NCBI GenBank assembly: GCA_045644045.1
Contig: JAZRGD010000099.1
Location: 7,126-71,125, forward strand
DNA: 64,000 nt
From: Eubacteriales bacterium
GTDB taxonomy: Bacteria > Bacillota > Clostridia > Oscillospirales > CAG-272
Direction: 5' to 3'
Shown: positions 1-9,128 of the stretch, in pieces
Layout of the letters: every line of letters starts with the position of its first letter
Position numbering within the stretch: the first letter of the stretch is position 1
Made by a program: the position numbers and the translations under genes
Notes under the pieces: model-generated
Seen by the model: only the letters and a program-made list of their open reading frames with translations
Database searches by the model: none
What the model was told of the DNA's origin: nothing

Positions 1-1569
1 GGCGAGGAAGGCGAAATTATGATGGATGGAATTAAATCTCTCCTCGCAGGCCAAGGTGGCGTTGCCGCCCGTCATATAGATGGCGGCACCGTCGCGACAC
101 AGCTCCATAAAATCGCTGATCCTGTTATAGGCCACCTCCGCGTTACGCACGTTGACGCTCTCGCCCGCCTCGTAATGAACGGTGCTCCAGCCCCAACCGC
201 CGTACAGACCCGAGTAGCCGCACCCCTTGATGGTGTTGCGAAGGATCTTCGCCCCATCGCACACGCCGAGATAAATGGCGGCGGCGTTGGGGTAGTCATA
301 GGCGATATGCTCCATATAGTTGTTGATGACCGAGACGGCGTAGCTCCTGTTTTCGGGAATGTCCCAACGGCGGGTGGGGTTGCCCACAGACACCGCCGAC
401 ATGGCAATATCCACGAAGATACAGTCACGCACCGCCGCCCGCAGGGTGCGGTCGCACATCTGGACGGCGTTACAGCCAACCCCACGGAACTCGCAATCCT
501 TCACCGTCAGGTTCTTTACGTTTTCGGTGACGATCGCGCCCTGGCGAAGCCTGTCGCCTTTCAGGTCGTTCAGTCTGCGCTCCACGTTGGAAAGCAGAGC
601 GTAATAGCCCTTGTCACAGGCATAGGAGGAGGAAACACCCGTAAAGACCAGCCCCTCCACCGTCACGTCCTTCATGCCCTTGATGACGAAGAGGGTGTCA
701 AGGGTGGGACGGCTGAGCTTATACCGCCAGCCAAGACCCAACTCATCTACGATGAAGTACAAAACGCCGCTCTTGTGGTCGTACACGAAGGTGTCCTTCT
801 CGGTAAGGAAGGCAAGGTCGTTACGGAAGAAGGTGATGCGATTCATGGTGTTGTTGCAGATATGGATGCCGTGAACGAAATAGGGAACGAAATTCTCATC
901 AAAGGTGACAAGGGCATAGGTCTCGCCCTCGATCTCTTTCGTATCCGACAGATCCACACCCGTCACGCGAAGGGTGTAATGCTCCCATTGCACGTACATA
1001 CACAGCTCGGTAGCGTCGCTCTCGCTTGCCGCCACCTGTTTTGCCGTCTCGATGGGAACGTAAAGGCCGCGTCTGTCTACGGGTGCTTCGAAATCGTTGC
1101 ACATCCAAGTGCCGTCGCCGTCGTAATGCCCCGCGCCGCGCTCCTCTGCCGTCAAGGCCTCCTTGTTGAGCCAGATGGGAGAGGTGGCCATCTTCAAGCG
1201 TTTGCCTTGGTAATACACGTCGCGGAAGCGAGGATACTCGCCGTTTTCATCCTTGGAAAGCTGGCACTTGAAATAAGGCTTGCCCTCCACCCTCTCGTAT
1301 TCCTCGGTGATGGTAACGGCAGAGCTGACCGTGGGGCGCATGCTCTTTGCCGCCGTAAGATGAAGCTTGACCCTTGCGAGGGCAGGCTCCTCCGCCGCAT
1401 CCAGAACGAAAGGCTCGGTGAGAGTGTAAACGCCATGATCTAACGCAACCGTCAGCTCCATGCCGCTTTCGGGGGCATTTCTTGCCGCCTCAAGGGTGCT
1501 TCCGCGCACGTCGGACAGAGAGGTGTGGGTCTCTTTCGTGGATTCATATTTCTTTACGCTGATAGCCAT
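1..1569 (-). CDS. Beta-helix array paralog P0 (right-handed parallel beta-helix repeat protein); first 523 codons only, 3' end lies beyond the window start
   Basis: Absent from the ORF track because there is no stop inside the window. My minus-strand translation from the ATG (rc of cat 1567-1569, SD AAAGGAGA 7 nt upstream) gives MAISVKKYESTKETHTSLSDV... and stays open to position 1. It carries the family motifs VQWEHYTLRV, IAYDYPNAAAIYLG, NTIKGCGYSG and CRDGAAIYMTGGN. Confidence 0.8.
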   Translation of the reverse strand, partial: MAISVKKYESTKETHTSLSDVRGSTLEAARNAPESGMELTVALDHGVYTLTEPFVLDAAEEPALARVKLHLTAAKSMRPTVSSAVTITEEYERVEGKPYFKCQLSKDENGEYPRFRDVYYQGKRLKMATSPIWLNKEALTAEERGAGHYDGDGTWMCNDFEAPVDRRGLYVPIETAKQVAASESDATELCMYVQWEHYTLRVTGVDLSDTKEIEGETYALVTFDENFVPYFVHGIHICNNTMNRITFFRNDLAFLTEKDTFVYDHKSGVLYFIVDELGLGWRYKLSRPTLDTLFVIKGMKDVTVEGLVFTGVSSSYACDKGYYALLSNVERRLNDLKGDRLRQGAIVTENVKNLTVKDCEFRGVGCNAVQMCDRTLRAAVRDCIFVDIAMSAVSVGNPTRRWDIPENRSYAVSVINNYMEHIAYDYPNAAAIYLGVCDGAKILRNTIKGCGYSGLYGGWGWSTVHYEAGESVNVRNAEVAYNRISDFMELCRDGAAIYMTGGNATLACEERFNSIHHNFAFLA

Positions 1570-1601
1570 AGAAATTTCTCCTTTTTCCTTCGTTTTTCCT
1601 G

Positions 1602-3413
1602 TTATTCTGTCGCGCCTGCGCCGTCGGCGATCACCTTTGCCTCGGGGTGCTTTTCAAACAGCCCGTCAAGGCTTTCCTCTACCACAATGTTCTTGCAGAT
1701 CATATCGTTTCCGGGCCTGTGGTTGGAAGGATCGATGGGAGTAGTGGAATAAAAATTCTCTACCGTGTTGTGATGGGTGGATTGCGCCGGCACGTGATAC
1801 TGGGTAAAGAGGGGTAACAGACAGTTGTCAATGACGTTATCGTATACCGCGAAGTTGGAGCTGGCACCGTCGAGATAATAGCCGCGACGGAAGGAATGAC
1901 CGCCCTGATCCAGATAGGCATAGTTGTGATGGATGTAGTTGAAGCGGTCGGCGCACTTGACGGTGGCGTTGGCACCCGTCACGTAGATGGCGGCACCGTC
2001 TCTGCACACGTCCATAAAGTTGTGGATGCGGTTATAGGAAATATCCACCTCGCGCAGGTTGCAGTATTCGCCCGGCTCATACTGCACCATGCTCCAGCCG
2101 TATCCCGCCAAAATGCCGGAATAGCCACAGCCGTCAATGGTATTGTGAGAGACCTCCGCGCCGTCGCAGATGCCAAGGTAGATGGCGGCAGCGTTGGGGT
2201 AATCGTAGGCAATGTTCTCCAAGGTGTTGCCCTTGATCTTTACGTTATATTTGCGGTTGAGAGGATTGCTCCAAACGCGGTCGGGATTGCCCACGCAAAT
2301 ACCGCTCATGGCAATATCGTTGAACCGACAGTTTTCCACCGTAGCGCGAACAGAAGAGTCGCAAAGCTGCACGGCGTTGGTGCCAAGGAAACGGAAAAAG
2401 CAGTTTGAAACCTTAAAGTCGCGGACGTTGCTCGTAAGGATCGCCGCCTCGCGCAAGCGTCCTTTTTGCGCCTCACGGTTGCCGAGCTTGGCAAAATAGC
2501 TGCTCTCGCACACCTTGGTAGAGGTAAGGTCTTGGAAGCGCAAGCCTTCCACCGTCACGTTTTTCATGCCGTTGAACGTGAAATAATTAGAAAGATAGGC
2601 ATAGCCGAAATCTTTATTCTGAAAGCTTTCCGAATCGGGTATCAGGTACACCGTGCCCGTGTACCAGTCGTAAACGAAGGTGCCCGGCTCGGTGAGATAG
2701 GCAAGGTTGTTGGTAAAGAAGGTCTCGCGGTTTAGGATATTATTGGCGCGATGCACGCCCTTGACGAAGAACTCGTCAAACTCCTCGTAGAACTGAACGA
2801 GGGCATAGGTCTCACCGTTCACTTCCTTGGTAACAGTGAGGTCCACGTCCTTCACGCGAAGGATGTAATGCTCCCATTGCACGTACATACGAAGCTCCGT
2901 CGCGCCGATTCCGCTCTCCTTGATGCTTTTCGCGATTTCCATGGGCGCGTAAAGTCCCTCAAGTCCCTTCTCGCCGCTTCTCTCCTCGGGAAGCAGGGCG
3001 AAGGGGTTGCTCCAAACGGGAGACTTCGCCATCTTCATTCGCTTGCCGCCGCAAAAAAAGTCGTGAAAGAGGGGATAGTTCCCATTTTCATCCTTTTCAT
3101 ACTGATACTTGTAGTAGGGCTTGCCCTCCACGGGAGTCAGCTCTCTGCCCTTGACCTCCTTCGTGCTGGCCAGAATGACGTTGGCACCGGGGACGTTGCG
3201 AACGGTAAGGCTGATATTCTCAAGCTCGGGGTTCTCCTCGGTGGAAAACACGATGGGGGCGGCAGGACGGTAAACACCACTTAGCCGTACCTCTACGTGA
3301 AGGCGGTTTTTGGGGCTTGCCTCACGGGCAATGGCCAAGACCTGCTCGCGGGCCTCCTCTAACGTGTCCGCCGTCACGGCGGTGCGCTTGGTCTCTATTA
3401 TGTTGATTGACAT
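1602..3413 (-). CDS. Beta-helix array paralog P1 (603 aa), putative glycan-active right-handed beta-helix protein, no signal peptide
   Basis: ORF track. SD GGAGAG upstream of the ATG. Motifs YVQWEHYILRVKDVDL, NIAYDYPNAAAIYLG, HNTIDGCGYSGILAG, CRDGAAIYVTGAN, YYLDGASSNFAVYDNV. The repeated short hydrophobic/Asn/Gly rungs are typical of PbH1-type beta-helix repeats. The N-terminus is hydrophilic. Confidence 0.85.
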   Translation of the reverse strand: MSINIIETKRTAVTADTLEEAREQVLAIAREASPKNRLHVEVRLSGVYRPAAPIVFSTEENPELENISLTVRNVPGANVILASTKEVKGRELTPVEGKPYYKYQYEKDENGNYPLFHDFFCGGKRMKMAKSPVWSNPFALLPEERSGEKGLEGLYAPMEIAKSIKESGIGATELRMYVQWEHYILRVKDVDLTVTKEVNGETYALVQFYEEFDEFFVKGVHRANNILNRETFFTNNLAYLTEPGTFVYDWYTGTVYLIPDSESFQNKDFGYAYLSNYFTFNGMKNVTVEGLRFQDLTSTKVCESSYFAKLGNREAQKGRLREAAILTSNVRDFKVSNCFFRFLGTNAVQLCDSSVRATVENCRFNDIAMSGICVGNPDRVWSNPLNRKYNVKIKGNTLENIAYDYPNAAAIYLGICDGAEVSHNTIDGCGYSGILAGYGWSMVQYEPGEYCNLREVDISYNRIHNFMDVCRDGAAIYVTGANATVKCADRFNYIHHNYAYLDQGGHSFRRGYYLDGASSNFAVYDNVIDNCLLPLFTQYHVPAQSTHHNTVENFYSTTPIDPSNHRPGNDMICKNIVVEESLDGLFEKHPEAKVIADGAGATE

Positions 3414-3431
3414 AGCTTTCGTCTCTCCGTT

Positions 3432-5258
3432 TCAAATAAAGTTTTTTTGTCCCGCGCCGTCGGCAATGGCCTTTGCCTCGGGGTACTGATCAAACAGCTC
3501 TTCCAAGCTCTCGGTCACACAGCAGTTTTCCACATACACGTCGTGGTGCGGACGGTGGTCGCCCGGCTGCACGTAGGTACCGGAGTAGAAATTCTTTACC
3601 GTCACGTGATGCGTGTGCTGCGAGGAAATGTTGTACTGGGTATAGAGGGGCATTCCGCACTTGTCGGCCACGTTGTCCGTCAGCTCCCAGTTGGATGCCG
3701 AGCCGTCTAAATAATACCCCATGGTGTCACTGTTACCGAGAGTGTCTAAGTAGGTGAAATTATGATGGATGCGGTTGAAGCGTTCGGCGCAGTTTATGGT
3801 GCAGTTGGCACCCGTCACGTAGATAGCGCCGCCGTCTCTGCAACGTCTCATAAAGTTGTGCACGCGGTTGTAAGAGATCTCCACGTCTCTGAGGTTGACG
3901 CTCTCTCCCTTTTCAAAGTGTACGGGGCTGTATCCGTCTCCCGCGGCAATGCCCGAATAAGCGCAGCCGTGGATGGTGTTGTGAGAGATCACCGCCCCGT
4001 CTACGTAGCCGATGAAGATACAGGCGGTGCTGGGATATTGGTAAGCGATATCCTCGAAATAGTTATTGATCACGCGAACGTTATAGGTGCGACCGGAAGC
4101 ATCCTCCCAGCCGTTGCCCTCACGGTAATTTCCGATGGCGATAGCACCCATGGCAATGTCCTTAAACTCGCAGTTCGCGATCTCGGCAACAACGGTACGG
4201 TCACAGAACTGCACACCGTTAGAGCCGATATTTTGGAAGGAACAGCTTTTTATCGTCGTGTTGCGCGCGTTCATGCAAAGGATGGCCGCCTGACGGAGCT
4301 TGTAGCCGTTGCGGAACTCGCGGTTGGAAAGTGTGCCGAAATACCCCTTCTCGCACACGTAGCGAGAGGTCAGGCCCGAAAAGAGGATGCCCTCCACCGT
4401 CACGTTCTCCATACCCTTGAATACGAACAGGCTTTCCAGCTCCGTATACCCATACTGACAGGCGGCAATGCTTCTGTCGGCAGGCGGCATGACGTAGACC
4501 GTGCCCGAACGCCAGTCATAGGCGAAGCTGTCAGGATCGGTGAGAAAGGCGGGGTTGTTGATGAAATAGGTCTCGCGGTTTCGCGTATTATTGGCGCGAT
4601 GCACCCCGCAAACGAAATGCTCGTCGAATTCCTCGAAGAATTTCACGAGAGCATAGGGCTCTCCGTTTATCTCCTTGGTGACGGTGAGGTCCACGTCACG
4701 GACGCGCAGAATGAAATGCTGCCATTGCACGTATATGCGAAGCTCGGTCGTGCCCACGCCGTGCGCCTTCGCCGCCTCTGCCATCGCCATGGGGACGTAA
4801 AGACCCTCAAGCTTTTTTTCACCGCTTCTCTCCTCGGGGAGCATATCAAAAGGATTTCTCCAAATCGGGGAGCTTGCCATGGTCAGCCGCTTGTCGCCAC
4901 GGAAGAAATCGTGGAACTTGGGATAGGTGCCGTCCTCCTTGGCGGGGATCTGCGCCTTATAATAGGGCGTGCCCTCCACGGGAACAAAATCTTTTCCGGA
5001 AATAAAATTCAATCCGCTGACGGTTGGGCGCATTCTTTCCTGCGCCTTGATGGTCAAGCGAAGCTTTTTCAGCTCGGGGTTTTCCTCCGCATCCAAAACG
5101 AATGGCTCGGTGAGCGTGTATCTTCCATGCTCCAGCTCCACCGTGACGTCCGTCACACTCTCCACCCTTGCGGCAATATCCAAGAGCTGCTCCTTTACCT
5201 CGGCAAGACTTGTTTTTTGTGTTTTGATTTTTTCTACCTTTTCCGTTAAGATCGCCAT
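3432..5258 (-). CDS. Beta-helix array paralog P2 (608 aa)
   Basis: ORF track. Same architecture and motifs (YVQWQHFILRVRDVDL, HNTIHGCAYSGIAAG, CRDGGAIYVTGAN). Only 18 nt separate it from P1. No signal peptide. Confidence 0.85.
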   Translation of the reverse strand: MAILTEKVEKIKTQKTSLAEVKEQLLDIAARVESVTDVTVELEHGRYTLTEPFVLDAEENPELKKLRLTIKAQERMRPTVSGLNFISGKDFVPVEGTPYYKAQIPAKEDGTYPKFHDFFRGDKRLTMASSPIWRNPFDMLPEERSGEKKLEGLYVPMAMAEAAKAHGVGTTELRIYVQWQHFILRVRDVDLTVTKEINGEPYALVKFFEEFDEHFVCGVHRANNTRNRETYFINNPAFLTDPDSFAYDWRSGTVYVMPPADRSIAACQYGYTELESLFVFKGMENVTVEGILFSGLTSRYVCEKGYFGTLSNREFRNGYKLRQAAILCMNARNTTIKSCSFQNIGSNGVQFCDRTVVAEIANCEFKDIAMGAIAIGNYREGNGWEDASGRTYNVRVINNYFEDIAYQYPSTACIFIGYVDGAVISHNTIHGCAYSGIAAGDGYSPVHFEKGESVNLRDVEISYNRVHNFMRRCRDGGAIYVTGANCTINCAERFNRIHHNFTYLDTLGNSDTMGYYLDGSASNWELTDNVADKCGMPLYTQYNISSQHTHHVTVKNFYSGTYVQPGDHRPHHDVYVENCCVTESLEELFDQYPEAKAIADGAGQKNFI

Positions 5259-5280
5259 GTCGTATCCTTTCTTTGTTTAT

Positions 5281-5328
5281 TCGATGATTCGATGATTCGA
5301 TTATTTGATGATTCGATCATTTGATGCC
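5281..5328. repeat. 8-bp tandem repeat, about 6 units (plus strand TCGATGAT and variants), spanning the last codons of P3 and the P3-P2 spacer
   Basis: Read directly: tcgatgat tcgatgat tcgattat ttgatgat tcgatcat ttgatgcc. The P3 stop codon (rc of tca 5317-5319) lies inside unit 5. Confidence 0.8.
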
Positions 5329-7188
5329 CGTATCGCGGTAGCCTGCGCCGTCGGCGATTGTCTTGGCCTCGGGGTGCTTCTGATATAAGGCTTCACAGCC
5401 GTCCGCCTCAACGAAGCAGTTGTCAAGCAAAACGTCACGCCACGGAGTATGATTTCCCTCGCTTATGGGCGTTGTGGAATAAATATTCCAAGCCCTGTTA
5501 TGGTAGGTGAACTGCCCCGGTATGCTGTGCTGAATGAAGAGCGGCATCTGACAGTCGATGATTACGTTGTCGTACACGTCCCAGTTAGAGGCGGAGCCGT
5601 CCAGGTAATAACCGACTCTGTCGACGGGTCCCTCCTTCTCCAAAACGGCAAAATTGTGGTGAATGGTGTTAAAGCGAGGCGCGTGCTCCACCGTACAGTT
5701 GGCACCCGTCACGTAAACGGCGCCGCCGTCGCGGCAAACGTCCATAAAGTTCACCACGCGGTTATAGGCGATCTCCACGTCACGAAGATTGAACTTCTCG
5801 CCAAGCTGATACTTCACCTTGTGATAGGTATATCCGTCACCTGCGGCAATGCCCGAATAGGCACAGCCGTTGATGGTGTTGTACATGATCCTCGCCACGT
5901 CGCAAAAGCCGAGGAAGATAGCGGCGGAGCTGGGATAATCGTAAGCGATATCCTCAAGATAATTGTTCTCGATCATCACGTGATAGCTTCTGTTTTGCGC
6001 TTCATCACACGCGTATTCCCAAGCAATGAATTTTCCGTCACGATCCTCTCGATAGTTTCCGACGGAAATGCCGCACATAGCCACGCCCACGAAGCGACAG
6101 TCCTCGACGGTAGCCTTCACCGTGCTGTCGCGGAGCATCAGGCCGTTTCCGCCCAACTGCAAGAAATTACAGCTCTTCACCGTAAAATCACGAACGTCAG
6201 ACGTCAGAACGGCCGCGTGGCGAAGCTTGCCGGCGCGCTTCTCGCGGTTGGAAAGCGAGGCAAAATAACCCGTCTCACAGATGAAGGAGGAGGTAAGCCC
6301 CGTAAACGTCAGCCCCTCCAGCGTCACACCCGTCATTCCCTTGAAGACAAAGCAGTTCGAGAGTGTGCTATAGCCGTAGTTCTCTTTTGCCATATTGGAC
6401 GGATCGGTGGGCACCACGTACACAGCTCCCGACGTCCAGTCGTAAGCAAAGGTATCCGGCTCCGTCAAATAAGCGGGCGTGTTGGCGAAGAAGGTCTTGC
6501 ACCACCTGATATTGTTGTCAGAATGCACGCCGCGCACGAAATACTCATCGAACTCCTCGTAGAATTTCACCAGCGCGTAGGTCCTGTCTCTTACCACCAC
6601 GGTAGAGGACAAGTCCACGTCCTTCACGCGCAGGGTATACTGCTCCCACTGCACGAACATACGGAGCTGTGTAGCGCCGATGCCGCTTTTTTTGACAGCC
6701 TGGGCGATCTCGACGGGGGCGTAAAGCCCTTCCGCCTTCACCTCGCCGCTTCTCTGCTCGGGAAGCAGATGAAAGGGATGCCCCCAATCGGGAGAGATCG
6801 CCTTCTTCATACGAATGCCGCCATGGAAAAAGTCAAAAAACTTGGGATACTCTCCGTTTTCACTCTTTTCGAGCTGATACTTGTAATATGGCGTCCCCTC
6901 CACAGGAGTAAACTCCGCGCCCGAAACGTGGCGAAGTCCGCTAATGACGGGGCGCATAGAGGGCTTCGCCTTGACGGTCAGACGGATATTTTTGAGGGCG
7001 GGATCTTCCTCTGTGGAAAACACCAGCGGCTCGGTGACGGAATATCCACCCTGATCCAACTCAGCCACCACCTCGATGACGTTATCCTCCGAGGCGGTCT
7101 CTGCCACGGCCAGAATATGCTCTCTGATTTCGGCAAGAGTCGCTCTTTGCTCGACGCTCGCCACTCTCTTGGTTAAGGTAATTGCCAT
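5317..7188 (-). CDS. Beta-helix array paralog P3 (623 aa)
   Basis: ORF track. Motifs FVQWEQYTLRVKDVDL, YNTINGCAYSGIAAG, CRDGGAVYVTGAN. Its N-terminal 46 aa match P5 at every position but one (V/T). Confidence 0.85.
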   Translation of the reverse strand: MAITLTKRVASVEQRATLAEIREHILAVAETASEDNVIEVVAELDQGGYSVTEPLVFSTEEDPALKNIRLTVKAKPSMRPVISGLRHVSGAEFTPVEGTPYYKYQLEKSENGEYPKFFDFFHGGIRMKKAISPDWGHPFHLLPEQRSGEVKAEGLYAPVEIAQAVKKSGIGATQLRMFVQWEQYTLRVKDVDLSSTVVVRDRTYALVKFYEEFDEYFVRGVHSDNNIRWCKTFFANTPAYLTEPDTFAYDWTSGAVYVVPTDPSNMAKENYGYSTLSNCFVFKGMTGVTLEGLTFTGLTSSFICETGYFASLSNREKRAGKLRHAAVLTSDVRDFTVKSCNFLQLGGNGLMLRDSTVKATVEDCRFVGVAMCGISVGNYREDRDGKFIAWEYACDEAQNRSYHVMIENNYLEDIAYDYPSSAAIFLGFCDVARIMYNTINGCAYSGIAAGDGYTYHKVKYQLGEKFNLRDVEIAYNRVVNFMDVCRDGGAVYVTGANCTVEHAPRFNTIHHNFAVLEKEGPVDRVGYYLDGSASNWDVYDNVIIDCQMPLFIQHSIPGQFTYHNRAWNIYSTTPISEGNHTPWRDVLLDNCFVEADGCEALYQKHPEAKTIADGAGYRDTGIK

Positions 7189-7201
7189 TTCTCTTTTCTC
7201 T

Positions 7202-7238
7202 CCGCGCCCTCATCCGAGGGCGCGGCTCTTTCGTTTTT
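7202..7238 (+). promoter_or_regulatory. GC-rich intercistronic hairpin (CCGCGCCCTC-atcc-GAGGGCGCGG) with a T-rich tail on the plus strand, between P4 and P3
   Basis: 10-bp perfect stem read directly. The T-rich tract (ctctttcgttttt) follows it only on the plus (antisense) strand. On the mRNA strand the P3 SD follows it directly. Confidence 0.6.
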
Positions 7239-7241
7239 GCT

Positions 7242-9086
7242 TTAATCTACCGTAAGGCCTACTTCTCTGTAGCCCGCCGCATCGGCAATGGCCTTGGCCG
7301 CAGGATATTTTTCGTACAAAGCGTCAAGGCTCTCCTCCACGGCATAGAAGCCGAGAAGGGTGTCGTGATGAGGCTTGTGGTTGCCCTCCGGATCCACCCA
7401 CGTGGTGGAGTAGAAATTCCATACGCGGTTGTGGTGCGTATACTGATCGGGCACATGATACTGGGTGAACAGAGGAAGGGCGCTGTTGTCCATCACGTTG
7501 TCATATACGTCCCAGTTGGAAGCGGCGCCGTCAAGGTAGTAACCGCGACGGTCATGGTCCTTTTGCTCCTCCAAGGCGGCGAAATTATGGTGAATGGAAT
7601 TGAAGCGCTTTTCGTAACTCACTATGGCATTGGCACCCGTCACATAAATGGCGCCGCCATCCCGGTTCACATCCATGAAATTCAAAATACGGTTGTAAGA
7701 GATCTCCACATCCCGCAGATTGATCCGCTCGCCCGGCTCAAAGCCTACTTTGCTATAGCCGTCACCTGCGGAAATGCCCGAATAGGCACAGCTCTTGATG
7801 GTGTTGTGGGAAATGAGTGCCCCATCACAATACCCAAGCCAAACGCAAGCGGTGCTGGGATAATCGTAAGCGATATTTTCAAAATAGTTGTTGATCAGCT
7901 TGATGCCAAAGGTCTGATCTCCGTAATTCTGCCACTTGCAGCCATAGCGGTAATTGCCTGCAGAGAAGCCCCCCATAGCAATATTGCGGAAGGTGCATCC
8001 CGTTACCGAGGCTCTTACAGTGCGGTCGCAGATCTGCACGCCATTGCCGCCAAGTCCCTCAAAGGAGCAATCCTTGATCACAAGGTCGCACACATCAGAG
8101 GTCAGAATCGCGGCGTCGCGCAATCTGCCCATACGGCTCTCGTAGTTGGACAGACGGCCGAAATAGCCTGTGTCGCAAATGAAGGAGGAGGTAAGGCCCA
8201 CAAAGGTGATGCCCTCCACCGTCACATTCCGCATTCCCTTGATCACCAGCATGTTGGAAAGCTCGGTGTAGCCGTATCTCGTTCTGGTAAAGCTCTCGGG
8301 ATTTTTGGGAATCACATAAAGAGCACCCGACTGCCAATCGTAGGCATAGGTGTTTGGCTCGGTCAAAAAAGCAGGCGTGTTGATGAAGAAGGTCTCTCTG
8401 TTCCCCACATTGTTGCAGAAATGCATACCGCGCACAAAGAACTCGTCAAACTCCTCAAAGAAGGTCACCAGCGCGTAAGGCTCGCCCCCTACCTCCTTGG
8501 TGGTATTCAAGTCAATATCCTTAATGCGAAGCACATAATGCTCCCATTGCACGTACATATGCAGTTGGGCAGAGCCAATGCCCTGCTCCTTCACCGCCTT
8601 AGCCTGCTCGTAAGGAACATACAAACCCTCCAGTGTCTTTTCGCCCCGTCTTTCCTCGGGCAAAAGAGGGAAGGGATTGCGCCACACAGGCGAGGCGGCC
8701 ATTTTCAGCCGCTCAGGCCCACGGAAGAAATCATGGAATTTCGGATACTCCCCGTTTTCCTTCTTTTCGAATTGGTACTTGTAGTAGGGCGTGCCCTCCA
8801 CAGGAACAAAGTCCGATCCCATAATGGGCTTGAGAGGACTGATCGTGGGACGCATGCTCTCCTTGGCCTTGATGGTCAGACGAATGTTGGCGAGCTCCGG
8901 GTGTTCCTCCGCGGAAAACACCAAAGGCTCCTCCAAAAAGTAGTTTGCCTGATCCAAAACCACCTCAACGGCCAGATTCTTTTCGGGCGTGGCCTCGGCT
9001 GCCACAGAAAGCACATATTGCTTTAAGTCTGCCAGCGTCTCAATGCTGGTGCAGGTTGCCTCAATTCTTTTCAGTGCAATTGCCAT
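7242..9086 (-). CDS. Beta-helix array paralog P4 (614 aa)
   Basis: ORF track. Motifs YVQWEHYVLRIKDIDL, HNTIKSCAYSGISAG, NRDGGAIYVTGAN. The C-terminal ...ESLDALYEKYPAAKAIADAAGYREVGLTVD is nearly identical to P6. Confidence 0.85.
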   Translation of the reverse strand: MAIALKRIEATCTSIETLADLKQYVLSVAAEATPEKNLAVEVVLDQANYFLEEPLVFSAEEHPELANIRLTIKAKESMRPTISPLKPIMGSDFVPVEGTPYYKYQFEKKENGEYPKFHDFFRGPERLKMAASPVWRNPFPLLPEERRGEKTLEGLYVPYEQAKAVKEQGIGSAQLHMYVQWEHYVLRIKDIDLNTTKEVGGEPYALVTFFEEFDEFFVRGMHFCNNVGNRETFFINTPAFLTEPNTYAYDWQSGALYVIPKNPESFTRTRYGYTELSNMLVIKGMRNVTVEGITFVGLTSSFICDTGYFGRLSNYESRMGRLRDAAILTSDVCDLVIKDCSFEGLGGNGVQICDRTVRASVTGCTFRNIAMGGFSAGNYRYGCKWQNYGDQTFGIKLINNYFENIAYDYPSTACVWLGYCDGALISHNTIKSCAYSGISAGDGYSKVGFEPGERINLRDVEISYNRILNFMDVNRDGGAIYVTGANAIVSYEKRFNSIHHNFAALEEQKDHDRRGYYLDGAASNWDVYDNVMDNSALPLFTQYHVPDQYTHHNRVWNFYSTTWVDPEGNHKPHHDTLLGFYAVEESLDALYEKYPAAKAIADAAGYREVGLTVD

Positions 9087-9128
9087 TTTGCTATACCTTT
9101 CCTTTCGCAGTGTGCTTTACTGTTTGGA

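Noticed and set aside
5281-5328. Short tandem repeats considered as a possible CRISPR array or minisatellite-encoded peptide repeat.
   Set aside because: The units are 8 bp with no spacers, and only six copies are present. This is far too short for CRISPR. Only the last three codons of P3 overlap it.
7202-7238. The GC-rich hairpins at 7202 and 10997 acting as ordinary terminators that end transcription of the array.
   Set aside because: On the mRNA (minus) strand no U-tract follows the hairpin. Instead the next gene's SD and ATG follow it directly. The T-tract lies on the opposite strand, so it cannot be a canonical sense terminator.
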